Below are positions 52,939 through 62,839 of a DNA stretch of 64,000 nucleotides, in pieces (within the stretch, counting starts at the first letter, position 1; every line of letters begins with the position of its first letter). The stretch lies in the NCBI GenBank assembly GCA_050246315.1, contig JBFWWG010000007.1, positions 154,885 to 218,884 of the forward strand, read 5' to 3'. The translations under genes and the position numbers were made by a program. The notes below the pieces were generated by a model. It saw nothing but the letters and a program-made list of their open reading frames with translations. It made no database searches and was not told the origin of the DNA. The DNA is from Nitrospiraceae bacterium (GTDB taxonomy: Bacteria > Nitrospirota > Nitrospiria > Nitrospirales > Nitrospiraceae).

Positions 52939-54444
52939 TTACAATTTCGGCTGGCGGGTGACATCCTCATTGAAGTAGCCTCCTCCCAACGACTCGATCA
53001 GGTCCACCATGGCGACCAACTGATCGCTTTCCAACGCCCGCAACGCATACTCCTGCTCCAATAGCGGAAACCGATGTTTCAAGACTTCTCGGTCGTCGTC
53101 CAGCCCGCTGGTGAGCCGCACCTTGGCCAAGTGGTAGTCGTCGTCCAACGAAGCCAGCAGACGATGATGCGACTCCAAGATCTCACGGGTGGTGTGCCAG
53201 GCGCTCAGACTGTCCGCCACTTCTCGCATGGCGTCCAGGAGCGTTTCGTTGTACAGCTCGACCGCGGCGTCGTATTCCGCCCGTTGGGCTTTGAGTTCGC
53301 CGCGCAATCGTCCGCCTTCGAACCAGGGCAGCCGCAGGCCCGGGGCGACGCCGTAGGAAAAGCTTTGCCCGGAAAACAGCAGCTTGCCGAGTTGATCTGC
53401 CCCTTTGGTCAGGACCAAGGCGTTAAATCCGACGAACGCCGTGAGATCGACACTGGGCAGAAACTGCGCCTTGGCGAACTTGATCCTTCGCGCTGCAGAG
53501 TCGGCTCGATAGAGCGCCGACGCCAGGTCCGGACGACGCGCGAGCAAACCGATGGGCAAATGATCAGGGAGCGGAATTTGCTGAGGAATCGTCACCGCGC
53601 GATTGGCGAACAGATGATGCGCGCCATCCGGTCCCTTGCCGCTCAACCGGGCCAGCAGATGGCGTTGCATGTCAAATTGGTCGCGGACTCCGGCTTCTCG
53701 TTTGTTGACCGTTTCCAGCTCCGCAATCGCCTGCTTGACCTTAAATCCATCGTCCAGTCCCAAGCGGAATCGGGTCTCGGCCAGACGGTGCAGATCCTTC
53801 CGAATATCGACCATCGTCTGCACCAACTCCAACTGCTGCTGGAGCGCCAGACCTCGGAAGTAGGCCCGGGCGACCCCCGCAGTCAGCCGCAATCGCACTT
53901 CCGCCAACTCCGCGTCCTCCGAAGCCGCCTGTCCCAAGGCGGCTTCAAGGAGGGCTCGGTTCTTTCCCCAGAAGTCGAATTCATAGCGAAAACTCAAGGG
54001 ATTGATGACGCCCAACAGGAACCGTGCACCGGCCACTTCATTGTTCAAGGCCGCGAACACTCCGTGTTGAGACAGCCGCTCATGCGTGAGGGAGGCGTCG
54101 GCATCGAGAAAGGGCATCAGCCTGGCCCCTTCCACACGGACCAGCGCCTGGGCCTCACGAAGCCTGGCGCCGGCTTTCTTGAGACTGGGATTCTCCTTGA
54201 GCGCCAGCTCCTCCAACCCATTCAGCTCCGGGCTGGAGAACCCCGTCCACCACTCATCATTGGGCCATTGTTCCCGCGAGGAAGCAAAACTGGCCACCTC
54301 GGCGACGGCATGATCCATGGTGGGCGTCTCCAGGATCTCCGCCCGCTCCTTTTCCTCCTGGTACCAGGCGCACCCGGCCACCATCAGCACAATGGTCAAC
54401 CCGGCCGTCGCTCCCAAGGTTCGCCACAAAGACTCTTGCCGCAT
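52939..54444 (-). CDS. NodT/OprM-family outer-membrane efflux lipoprotein
   Basis: VAGC lipobox, WW.GF, DFWGK, LLARRPDL, LGGG; TGATG overlap with the MFS gene. Confidence 0.9.
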   Translation of the reverse strand: MRQESLWRTLGATAGLTIVLMVAGCAWYQEEKERAEILETPTMDHAVAEVASFASSREQWPNDEWWTGFSSPELNGLEELALKENPSLKKAGARLREAQALVRVEGARLMPFLDADASLTHERLSQHGVFAALNNEVAGARFLLGVINPLSFRYEFDFWGKNRALLEAALGQAASEDAELAEVRLRLTAGVARAYFRGLALQQQLELVQTMVDIRKDLHRLAETRFRLGLDDGFKVKQAIAELETVNKREAGVRDQFDMQRHLLARLSGKGPDGAHHLFANRAVTIPQQIPLPDHLPIGLLARRPDLASALYRADSAARRIKFAKAQFLPSVDLTAFVGFNALVLTKGADQLGKLLFSGQSFSYGVAPGLRLPWFEGGRLRGELKAQRAEYDAAVELYNETLLDAMREVADSLSAWHTTREILESHHRLLASLDDDYHLAKVRLTSGLDDDREVLKHRFPLLEQEYALRALESDQLVAMVDLIESLGGGYFNEDVTRQPKL

Positions 54445-56096
54445 CACGGTTGCTCCGCCAATTCTTCCGCCTGCCATTCCCGCAAACCCTCCGACGACTC
54501 GTCGCTCGCGGCATGGTTCGATCGCGCCATCCAGACCAGCGCAGCCAAGGCTAGACAGAGGTAGCTGCCCACGACGAAGGCGTCGTTCAACGCCAAAATG
54601 CCGGCCTCCTGCTTGACCAACAGTTGCAGTTGTTTGTGTGCCATCTCGAAGTCAAAACCCCTCGTCTGTAGTTTGTCGATAAACTGCTGTACCGCATCGT
54701 AGGAAATCGAAACACGGCCGCCCGCATGGTCCGCGAGCTGCAATTGGTGCAACGGACCCCGCCGAAACAGGATGACGCCCTGCATCGTGATGCCGAACGC
54801 GCCCGCCGCGATGCGCAGCAGGTTGGCGGCTTCCGCGGCCCGCATCAGTCGCTCTCCCGCCAATCCGTGCAGCGTCAGCACGGTCAGCGGTGTGAAGAAC
54901 GAGCCCAGGAAGATCCCTTCGACGAGCATAGGCCAGAAAATTTGATCGAACGAGTGCGGATCGTCAAACAACCCGATCCAGTAGTAGGTGGCGGCAAACC
55001 CCAACAGGTTCAAGGAGGCGATCAGCCGCACGTCGACCCGCGCCGCGAGATGGTGCATGATGGCGATCATGGGCACGCCGAACGCGAACATCGGCAGGAA
55101 TACCAGGCCGGCCAGATAGGAGGAATAGCCCATCAGCAACTGGAGCTGGACGATGAACAGAGACAGCAGACCCTGGAGCGAGAAGAAGCCCAATGTGAGG
55201 CAGATCAAGCCGATCGCCACATTGCGCACGGCCAACAGCCGCAGATCGATGGCCGGATGATCTTCATCCAGCTCCCATATGATCCAGGTCGGCACCGCCA
55301 CGATGACCACCAGCAACACCAGGTCGAGAAACCCCGAATCGAACCAATCGAAATCGTTGCCCTGGTTGAGAATCGTCTGCGCGCCACCGATGATCACCGC
55401 GAGCAGTAGGAACCCCACGAAATCGAAATTGACGCGAGCGGGCATGAACCCACGACCGTACAGGAGCCCGCCGATCAGCCCTGCGACCAGCAGCCCGACC
55501 GGCACGTTCAAGAGGAACAGCGCACGCCAGCCCAGTTCGTCGGCAACCCATCCGCCGACCGGAAACCCAATGGTGAAGGGCAACAGGGTATAGAACCCCC
55601 AGATGCTCAAGACCAGCGCCTTTCGCCGGTTGGGATATTCCTTCAACAACATGGCCTGGCCGATCGGCAACGTGAGACCTCCGGCAAATCCGAGCAGCAC
55701 GCGCGCCGTGAGAAATTGAGGGATCGTGATACTGACCGCACAGAGCAGCGACGCCAGCGCATAGAGCACGAACGCGCCCACGAATACCCGATAATCACCG
55801 AATCGGCCCGCCAACCACCGTGACACCGGAAAGGCCAGTGCGAGCGCGATCATGAAATCGGTCTGTGCCCAGGTGCCGAAACTGGGAAGCACGCCTCCCA
55901 GGTCTCCCGCCACATGTGGGAGAAATGCGATATACGAGGCCGCATTGAACAGCACAATGGCATGCGCCGTTCCGAGCATGAGGTTGAACAGCGTCAATCG
56001 CCATCCGCGCAGTCGACGCGGAAAGGGTCTCGGACCATTCGTCCAGCGCTCGATCATGGGCTGCTCCCCGTGTTGAACCTCGTGGTGATGGTTCAT
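54444..56096 (-). CDS. EmrB/QacA (DHA2) MFS transporter
   Basis: Many TM helices, GTW...F, RVLLG, GWRALFLLNVPVG, GNDFDWF. Confidence 0.9.
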   Translation of the reverse strand: MNHHHEVQHGEQPMIERWTNGPRPFPRRLRGWRLTLFNLMLGTAHAIVLFNAASYIAFLPHVAGDLGGVLPSFGTWAQTDFMIALALAFPVSRWLAGRFGDYRVFVGAFVLYALASLLCAVSITIPQFLTARVLLGFAGGLTLPIGQAMLLKEYPNRRKALVLSIWGFYTLLPFTIGFPVGGWVADELGWRALFLLNVPVGLLVAGLIGGLLYGRGFMPARVNFDFVGFLLLAVIIGGAQTILNQGNDFDWFDSGFLDLVLLVVIVAVPTWIIWELDEDHPAIDLRLLAVRNVAIGLICLTLGFFSLQGLLSLFIVQLQLLMGYSSYLAGLVFLPMFAFGVPMIAIMHHLAARVDVRLIASLNLLGFAATYYWIGLFDDPHSFDQIFWPMLVEGIFLGSFFTPLTVLTLHGLAGERLMRAAEAANLLRIAAGAFGITMQGVILFRRGPLHQLQLADHAGGRVSISYDAVQQFIDKLQTRGFDFEMAHKQLQLLVKQEAGILALNDAFVVGSYLCLALAALVWMARSNHAASDESSEGLREWQAEELAEQP

Positions 56097-56144
56097 CGTC
56101 GTGTACCCGATCGCCTTGTCATCGGAAATGGAGATGGGATCTGC

Positions 56145-57038
56145 TTACTGAGTTATGGGATACCCGGCAGTCTCGGTCCGGCGGTCCCGCTCGATGGCAT
56201 AGGCCGGTGCGGGAGACCCGACCGGCAGGGTGACCGCACCGCCCTTCGCCGCGGCGGAATGGGTTCCGTAAATCGCCAGCCCGGTGAAGACCATGCCGCC
56301 GACGAGGTTGCCGAGCGTCACAGGAATCTGGTTCCACAGCCACCAGGTGGAGAGGTCGATATTGGCGCCCAGCAACATGCCGACGGGAATTAAGAACATG
56401 TTCACCACTGCGTGCTCGAATCCCTGGGAAAAGAACATCACCGTGGGCCCCCAAATGGCGAGCATTTTGCCGGAGAAGGAGGTCGACATGAAGGCGGCCA
56501 CGACCGCCAGACTCACCATCCAATTGCACAGCATTCCTTTGGTAAAGGCGGCGAAAAGGCCGGCCGAACCGTGTGAGACATAGTAGTTGGTCTTCGCTTC
56601 GGCAATCGCGATCAGCTTGGTCCCGACTGCGTTGATCTGCGCGTCTCCCGCGGTGGTCAACGCAATCGCGAACAATCCCGCGTACAACATGCTGCCCATG
56701 AGGTTGCCGAGGAAGACAAAGCCCCAGTTGGCCAGCACTTGCCGGAGGCCGGCGTTGTCCTTGCCGGCCGCTGCCGCGCATGGAAGCAGGGCGAAGCTTC
56801 CGGTGATGATCTCCGCACCGAGCAATATCGCCAGGGCGAGACCGAACGGGAAGAGGATGCTCCCGATGATCCAATACCCGGTTTCAACCGCCGCCGTCAC
56901 CGCCATGCTCGTCCCAATGCCCAGGTAGGCACCGGCCAACATGCCCCGGACTATCAAGTGCCGTGGCGGCACATTCAACTTGTAGACTCCGCCAGCCACC
57001 ATGCTCTCCACCACGCCCTGCGGTTTGACATAATCCAT
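56145..57038 (-). CDS. Formate/nitrite transporter (FNT) family channel
   Basis: RGMLAGAY, FPFGL, GNLMG, GMLCNWMV, GFEHAVVNM, TLGNLVGG; ATG 57038 with GGAAGGAG RBS. Confidence 0.92.
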   Translation of the reverse strand: MDYVKPQGVVESMVAGGVYKLNVPPRHLIVRGMLAGAYLGIGTSMAVTAAVETGYWIIGSILFPFGLALAILLGAEIITGSFALLPCAAAAGKDNAGLRQVLANWGFVFLGNLMGSMLYAGLFAIALTTAGDAQINAVGTKLIAIAEAKTNYYVSHGSAGLFAAFTKGMLCNWMVSLAVVAAFMSTSFSGKMLAIWGPTVMFFSQGFEHAVVNMFLIPVGMLLGANIDLSTWWLWNQIPVTLGNLVGGMVFTGLAIYGTHSAAAKGGAVTLPVGSPAPAYAIERDRRTETAGYPITQ

Positions 57039-57113
57039 AGCGTCTCCTTCCTGCCGACTTGATCCGTTTTTGTCATCCATTTTGTCAGACTCCATCCGAC
57101 AGAATGTCCTACC

Positions 57114-57129
57114 AGCAATGTCCATGCCC
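57114..57129 (-). promoter_or_regulatory. sigma54 -24/-12 promoter of the FNT-efflux operon
   Basis: GGGCATGGACATTGCT (GG-N10-GC, TTGC). Confidence 0.65.
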
Positions 57130-57472
57130 ACATCGAATCACGCAGCCGACTCCTTCTCGGTTGCAAGTCTTGCAAAAGAGACCGATTAGTCGAGACATCA
57201 CATCGGTCCCGTCCTTCATCCGGCAGGTACGTCGATCACGTGCTGACGGTTTCGAGTCGATGAGCGTTGAAAATGCGAGCGGGCTGTGCGATTTCGCTCA
57301 TTATTGCCTGGACGGCGGCTGCCTGAAAAAGCCGAACCGGCACAGACATGGCCGAGTGAGCATGAAGCGAAACGGCAGGGACCGTTTCAGGACACGATCT
57401 CACGTGAACAAGGAGGCAGCGGCAGGCAAAGAATGGCGGAGAACGGACCGGTGGAGTCGGTCAGACTGGTTG

Positions 57473-58861
57473 TTACTCTTCTTCGGTTCTCTTCAATCGG
57501 CGATCCAATGCAAATCTCGTCATGCCGAGATGCTTGGCCGCCGCGGTCTTGTTGTAATCGCTGAGGCGCAACACTTCCTGGATGATCGCGTGCTCAATGT
57601 CGGCTAACGAGTGTTTCCCGAGCTTCGTTTCCACTCGCAACAACTGCTCGTCACCCTGCACGACGGTCACGGCCGTCTGCCCCTCGCGACTCCGCAGTTC
57701 ACCGGGTAGATGGTCGGCCGTCAGCGTCTGGCCCTGGCAGAAGATCATGGCGCGCTCGATGATGTTCTCCAACTCACGAATGTTGCCGGGATAGGCATAC
57801 TGTTGAAGCATGGTGGCCGCTTCCGGATCGATGTCCAAGACGTCCTTACCGAACTCCTTGCCGTAGCGGAACAGGGCACGCCTGCATAGCGGGAGAATGT
57901 CCTCCACTCGTTTCCGAAGCGGCGGCAGCTCGAACATGACCACGTTCAAACGGAAGAACAGGTCTTCGCGAAAGAGTCCCGCTGCGACGGTCTTCTTAAG
58001 GTCTCGATTGGTCGCGGCGATCAGCCGAAAATCCACCCCGATATCGTCGGTGCCGCCCAGTCGCCTGAATGATCGCTCTTGAAGGACGCGGAGCAATTTG
58101 CCCTGCATCGCCAGATCGAGGTCCCCGATCTCGTCCAGGAACAGCGTGCCGCCCTCCGATTTCTCCAGCAGGCCGATTTTCCGTTGCGAGGCGCCGGTGA
58201 AGGCGCCCCGTTCAAACCCGAAGAGCTCGCTTTCAAACAGATCCTTGGGAATCGCCGTGCAGTTGACTCCGATGAACGGCCCCCTGGCACGCGCCCCGTT
58301 GTGGTGGAGGACCCGAGCGAGGAACTCTTTGCCCGTACCGGTTTCCCCCAACAACAAGACGGTCGACCGGGCATTCGACGCCACGTCCCGCACCTGCGCG
58401 AGCACCTGCTGCATGAGCGCACTGTTGGCTTCGAGGTTGGCTAGGGCATACTGGGTGTCCTGATGCCTCCCCTCCTCCTCCAGCCTGAGGCGGAGGGCGA
58501 GCAGATCAGTGGCCCGTGCCAGCACCGGTTCGATGCCGTCTAGGTCGACCGTCTTGATGAGAAAGTCGTAGGCACCCAGCTTCATGGCCTCCACCGCATC
58601 CTGGACCGTGCCGTACGCCGTCAGCATGATAATCAGCGCCTGGGGCGCGAGCGGGCGAACCTTCTTGAGCGTGTCCAGACCGCTGAGGCCCGGCATCTTG
58701 AGATCGAGTAGGATCATATCGGGAATTTCGTGTTCCACGGCGGCCAGCAAGGCATCGCCGGATTCGCACCCGACAACCCGATGGCGCTTCCGGGAGAGGC
58801 GTTTGACGATGGCCGACCGGATGGCCGGTTCGTCGTCCGTCACAAAGATGGTGATCTGCAT
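57473..58861 (-). CDS. NtrC-family sigma54 enhancer-binding response regulator
   Basis: REC (DDE, LDLKMP), GETGTGKE, GAFTGA, FLDEIG, YPGNIRELEN, Fis-type HTH. Confidence 0.95.
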   Translation of the reverse strand: MQITIFVTDDEPAIRSAIVKRLSRKRHRVVGCESGDALLAAVEHEIPDMILLDLKMPGLSGLDTLKKVRPLAPQALIIMLTAYGTVQDAVEAMKLGAYDFLIKTVDLDGIEPVLARATDLLALRLRLEEEGRHQDTQYALANLEANSALMQQVLAQVRDVASNARSTVLLLGETGTGKEFLARVLHHNGARARGPFIGVNCTAIPKDLFESELFGFERGAFTGASQRKIGLLEKSEGGTLFLDEIGDLDLAMQGKLLRVLQERSFRRLGGTDDIGVDFRLIAATNRDLKKTVAAGLFREDLFFRLNVVMFELPPLRKRVEDILPLCRRALFRYGKEFGKDVLDIDPEAATMLQQYAYPGNIRELENIIERAMIFCQGQTLTADHLPGELRSREGQTAVTVVQGDEQLLRVETKLGKHSLADIEHAIIQEVLRLSDYNKTAAAKHLGMTRFALDRRLKRTEEE

Positions 58862-58863
58862 AG

Positions 58864-60795
58864 CTAGCCCTCCATGACCGTGACGTCCTGGCGGACGGGC
58901 AGCCAGATTCTTGCGCTGGTGCCCTTTCCGACTTCGCTGGTGAGCTGGATATCGCCCCCGTGGGCTTCGATGATGTTTCGGCAAATGGCCAACCCAAGGC
59001 CGGTTCCGCGGTGCTTGCCTTTGGTGAAAAAAGGCTCGAACGCATGGGCCAGGTCCTCGCTGTGAATGCCGCAACCGGCATCGACGACCTTCACCACCAG
59101 ACCTGCTCCGCGGTCGCCCGGCATCGAGAACGCACCAAGGGTGATCCGGCCTCCTTCGGATGACGCTTCGACGGCGTTTTGGATCAGATTGAGCAGCACC
59201 TGTTTGAGTTGGTCGCGATCCGCGTGCAGCATGAGCAGGTTGGGCGGCACCTCCATCGACAAGACGATCCGCTTGGCCGATAGCGAGGATTCCAGTAACT
59301 GCACTGTTTCGCTCAGCAGATCCTCGACCGCAAAGGTGATCGGAGCCACCTCCCTGGGTCGCGCGTAGTCAATGATCTGATTCACAATGCGGTCGAGCCG
59401 CCGGGTTTCGCGCAAAATGATCGCCAATTCCGCGTGTCGGGGATCCGACGCAGGCGTATCGTCCATCAGTAAGGCGGTCGTCGAGCCGATCCCTACCAGC
59501 GGGTTTCGGATCTCATGCGCGATGCCCGCCGCCACCTGCCCCAATGTCGCCAGCCGCTCCGACCGGCTCAACCGCTCCTGCAACAGATCCAAGGCGGTGA
59601 TGTCGATGTTGAACCCTTGATACATGATGGTCTGTCCCGCAGCATCCTTGACGGGGATTCGGCGGCTGAGCACCTTGCGGACCGTCCCGTCACGCTGCTG
59701 GAACCGGAAGACCGTTTCGCACGACCGATCCTCCTCGACCGCCTGGGCGAATTCCGACAAAACGCGCTGACGATCGGCCGGATGGATGGATGCGCGGAAG
59801 GTCTCAGGGTCCATCTGATCGTTCGGATCGAGACCAGCCAGGATCTGGTTGTATCGGTTGCTGAAGGTCACGCTCATGCCTTTGGTGGTGAAGATGCCGA
59901 ACGGCGCATGATCGACAAGACTCCGGTATTTCGCTTCGGACGAGGACAGGTCCTGGTTGACGCCGCGCAGTTCCGATTCCGATTCCTCCAGTCTTGAGAG
60001 ATGTTCTTTGATCTGGACACTCATCGCGTGCATGACCTGGGTGAGGTGTCCGATTTCGTCTTGTCGCTCCAGGATGGGCACGGTAGGCACGGCCCCGGAT
60101 GGAGCCCCGCCGACGGCCCGCGCCAACCCGATCAGTGGTCCGGTAATGGAGCGGGCAACCAGGTGCAAGGCCAACACAGTCAAGCCGAGCGTCAAGGCTC
60201 CTCCCCATAACACCACGTACAGCAGCGACGTCCGATCCAGGCTGGCGCTCGACAGCTTGGTGTTCAGTAAATTCCGTTGGAGCGCGGTGAACCGCGCCAT
60301 GCCGTTCCGAATCCCCGCCATCAGCACTCGTCCTTGGCCTTCCTCGATGTAGTGCTCGGCCTCCGCCTGCTGTCCCTCTTTCAACTGCTGGATCAGTCCC
60401 TCCTTCTCCTGCACCATTTGCTCGACCAGCCGTTGGACCCCCGCAATCAATTCCCGCTGTGGCGGGTCCTCGCTGACAAGCCCCTCCAGCATGTTCCCCA
60501 GAACAAGAATGCCTTCACGGGCGGTCTGGTAGGGGCGAAGAAAACTGTCCTGGTTGGTCAGGGTATAGCCGCGGAACCCGGTCTCCAGGTCCACGGCGAG
60601 CCGCATGTATTCGGATGAGAGGGCCTGAGCCTGGTAAATACGCTGCAGATCATCCTCGTCCTGCGAAAACACCTCCACGCTCCGATAGGTTTGCAGACTC
60701 AACATCATGAGCGCCGCCAGTGGGATGACGGAGGCAAGGAGGAGCTTACGTTCGATCGGAAGGTTGCGAAACGGACGGGCGAGCTTATCTCGCAT
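58864..60795 (-). CDS. Sensor kinase: CHASE3-HAMP-PAS-HisKA-HATPase
   Basis: ETGFRGY, DEIGHL, AHEIRNPL, QVLLNLIQNA, GTGLGL; start uncertain. Confidence 0.92.
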   Translation of the reverse strand: MRDKLARPFRNLPIERKLLLASVIPLAALMMLSLQTYRSVEVFSQDEDDLQRIYQAQALSSEYMRLAVDLETGFRGYTLTNQDSFLRPYQTAREGILVLGNMLEGLVSEDPPQRELIAGVQRLVEQMVQEKEGLIQQLKEGQQAEAEHYIEEGQGRVLMAGIRNGMARFTALQRNLLNTKLSSASLDRTSLLYVVLWGGALTLGLTVLALHLVARSITGPLIGLARAVGGAPSGAVPTVPILERQDEIGHLTQVMHAMSVQIKEHLSRLEESESELRGVNQDLSSSEAKYRSLVDHAPFGIFTTKGMSVTFSNRYNQILAGLDPNDQMDPETFRASIHPADRQRVLSEFAQAVEEDRSCETVFRFQQRDGTVRKVLSRRIPVKDAAGQTIMYQGFNIDITALDLLQERLSRSERLATLGQVAAGIAHEIRNPLVGIGSTTALLMDDTPASDPRHAELAIILRETRRLDRIVNQIIDYARPREVAPITFAVEDLLSETVQLLESSLSAKRIVLSMEVPPNLLMLHADRDQLKQVLLNLIQNAVEASSEGGRITLGAFSMPGDRGAGLVVKVVDAGCGIHSEDLAHAFEPFFTKGKHRGTGLGLAICRNIIEAHGGDIQLTSEVGKGTSARIWLPVRQDVTVMEG

Positions 60796-61262
60796 GGGGT
60801 CTCCGCACGAACAAACCATCCTAAAGACGAGTTCCACCTATTGTCAAACGTCGCGTGGCAAGCACGGGTACCGGAGATCCGTTCCTTCAACGACCCCGGC
60901 CTGTCGGCGTCGATCCTCTGCTGATCGACATGATCCGGAAATCCTGTCTGAGCTGTTCTACGTGACAAGGCGCAGTGCATGACTCGGACAGCCTCTACCC
61001 GTACGAGATTCGGTTGTCGATCATTGTAAAGCGCAAGGGTCGTACCAGCCCCACAATTGCATCCCGCGTGGAATTCCGGGCGAAGTGCGAATCTCCGTTG
61101 GATGAAATGAGCTTATTCGCACAGGACAGAGCGTGCGAATTCGTGTCTTCCAGAACGTCAGGACCCAACTCCATCTCGCATCACGCTACGCGGGCAGACC
61201 AAAGAACTTACAGAGCCCAGCCCTACCGCCTCAGCGCAAGCGGAGAGAAGATGAACCGGCGC

Positions 61263-61278
61263 GGGACCGAATCTTGCG
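61263..61278 (+). promoter_or_regulatory. sigma54 -24/-12 promoter
   Basis: GGGACCGAATCTTGCG (GG-N10-GC, TTGC). Confidence 0.5.
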
Positions 61279-61340
61279 TGGGCTCGCGACTGCATCATGC
61301 TCCGTGATCTTGGTGAGTCCAACGAAAGGTGACTTCGTCC

Positions 61341-61679
61341 ATGGGGAACCGTTCCACGCAACCTCACCGGACTTCGGCCCGAGTGATCCATTCGGCGGAG
61401 CCGACAGCCTGCCGTCGGTGTGGCGGATTTCTCGTCGCCGATACTCTGTTCGACGATCTCGGGCCACATTGGGAACCGCCCCATGCATGTCAACGCTGTG
61501 TCAATTGCGGCTCGATCGATGATGCCGTGATCCTGGCCAACCGTCACCGGAACCACGACTCACCACCCGTCCGCCGGCGTTCCCAAGCGAGGATGCCGGC
61601 CACACCCATTTGGATCGCCTGCACGGACGGACGCCGGTCTGGCCCAAACCATCGGTCCGGCTCCACCGGCGCCGACTGA
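61341..61679 (+). CDS. Small CxxC...CxxC zinc-ribbon-like protein
   Basis: CRRCGGFLV...RCVNCGSIDDAVILANR; paralog of 42418-42810. Confidence 0.65.
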   Translation: MGNRSTQPHRTSARVIHSAEPTACRRCGGFLVADTLFDDLGPHWEPPHACQRCVNCGSIDDAVILANRHRNHDSPPVRRRSQARMPATPIWIACTDGRRSGPNHRSGSTGAD

Positions 61680-61700
61680 TCATCACAAGGAGGGGCTTGT

Positions 61701-62669
61701 ATGACGCGCGATCGCCAACATCGATGGGCCATTGTTCTCGCGGGGGGAGAAGGAGAGCGGCTGAAGCCCTATGTGCGGGAGTGCTATGGAACCGATCGAC
61801 CCAAACAATTTTGCTCGTTTGCCGGCCGCCACACCCTCGTCGAGGAAACGGTGCTTCGGGCAGAAACCATCCTCGATCCGGAGCAGATCCTGGTGGTCGG
61901 AACCGAGCACCATCTCCACTACCTGTTGGAGTGTCTCGGCCACAGGCCTCCGGGCACACTCCTCATCCAACCGGAAGGCCGCGGAACGGCTCTCGGGGTC
62001 CTGCTGCCCCTCCTTCACATCCTCCATCGAGATCCGGAGGCAACCGTCGTCCTACTCCCATCCGATCATTTCATCCGGCCGCACGATGGGCTGACAGAAG
62101 CGTTGGAGGACGCGGAGCTGTTTCTGGCATCGGATGCGAACGAACAGGTCATCCTCCTCGCAGCGGAACCCACGACCCCGGAGCCCGACTACGGATGGAT
62201 CAAGCGAGGCGTCAAACAGACGCGCGTGGGCCGCCAGGTGTTCGAAAGCGTGGTCGGTTTCATGGAAAAGCCCTCCCGCGAGCAGGCCTGTCGTTTGCTC
62301 GCGGACGGATGGCTCTGGAACACCGGCATGCTCGTCGGCCGGGCTGCGGTCCTGCTGCAGGTGATGTGCGCCGGACTCCCGGAATTGACCGCTTGCACGA
62401 TGCTGCTCCGCCGCTTTATCGGAACGGATTGGGAACATGCCATCACGGCGGAAATCTATCGGACCGTGCCGTCTTTAAACTTCTCCTCCGCCGTGCTCTC
62501 GCGACAGACCCATCGCCTGGCGCTGTTGCCCCTCACGCAGATTTCATGGTCCGACTGGGGGACCAAGGAGCGCATTCTCCAAACACTCTCTCAACATCCG
62601 GAGGTGCCACGACCGTACCGCGCTCCTTCGCTTGTGGCGGATCGGCACGAGGTCGCGGCGCGGTCATGA
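61701..62669 (+). CDS. Sugar-phosphate nucleotidyltransferase (mannose-1-phosphate guanylyltransferase-like)
   Basis: LAGGEGERL, RPKQF, QPEGRGTA, PSDH, DYGWI, FMEKP, WNTG, WSDWG; AAGGAGG RBS. Confidence 0.88.
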   Translation: MTRDRQHRWAIVLAGGEGERLKPYVRECYGTDRPKQFCSFAGRHTLVEETVLRAETILDPEQILVVGTEHHLHYLLECLGHRPPGTLLIQPEGRGTALGVLLPLLHILHRDPEATVVLLPSDHFIRPHDGLTEALEDAELFLASDANEQVILLAAEPTTPEPDYGWIKRGVKQTRVGRQVFESVVGFMEKPSREQACRLLADGWLWNTGMLVGRAAVLLQVMCAGLPELTACTMLLRRFIGTDWEHAITAEIYRTVPSLNFSSAVLSRQTHRLALLPLTQISWSDWGTKERILQTLSQHPEVPRPYRAPSLVADRHEVAARS

Positions 62670-62839
62670 TGGACGAGGTGAGGCATCGCCGTCCTGGGTA
62701 GCCCGCCTAATTCACGAGAATTCGTGACAAAACCGCGGAGATGCCACGCGATAGGCCCATTGTCCGTACGGCCCGTTGCCTCATGCAACCCGCAACGGGT
62801 CGTACGGCGGTTGCCGTAGAATTCATCGAAGAATACGGG

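Noticed and set aside
57039..57131. ORF-track N-terminal extension of the FNT
   Set aside because: Overlaps the sigma54 element; ATG 57038 has a strong RBS
61610..62701. 363-aa Arg/Pro-rich ORF
   Set aside because: Alternative frame over the nucleotidyltransferase
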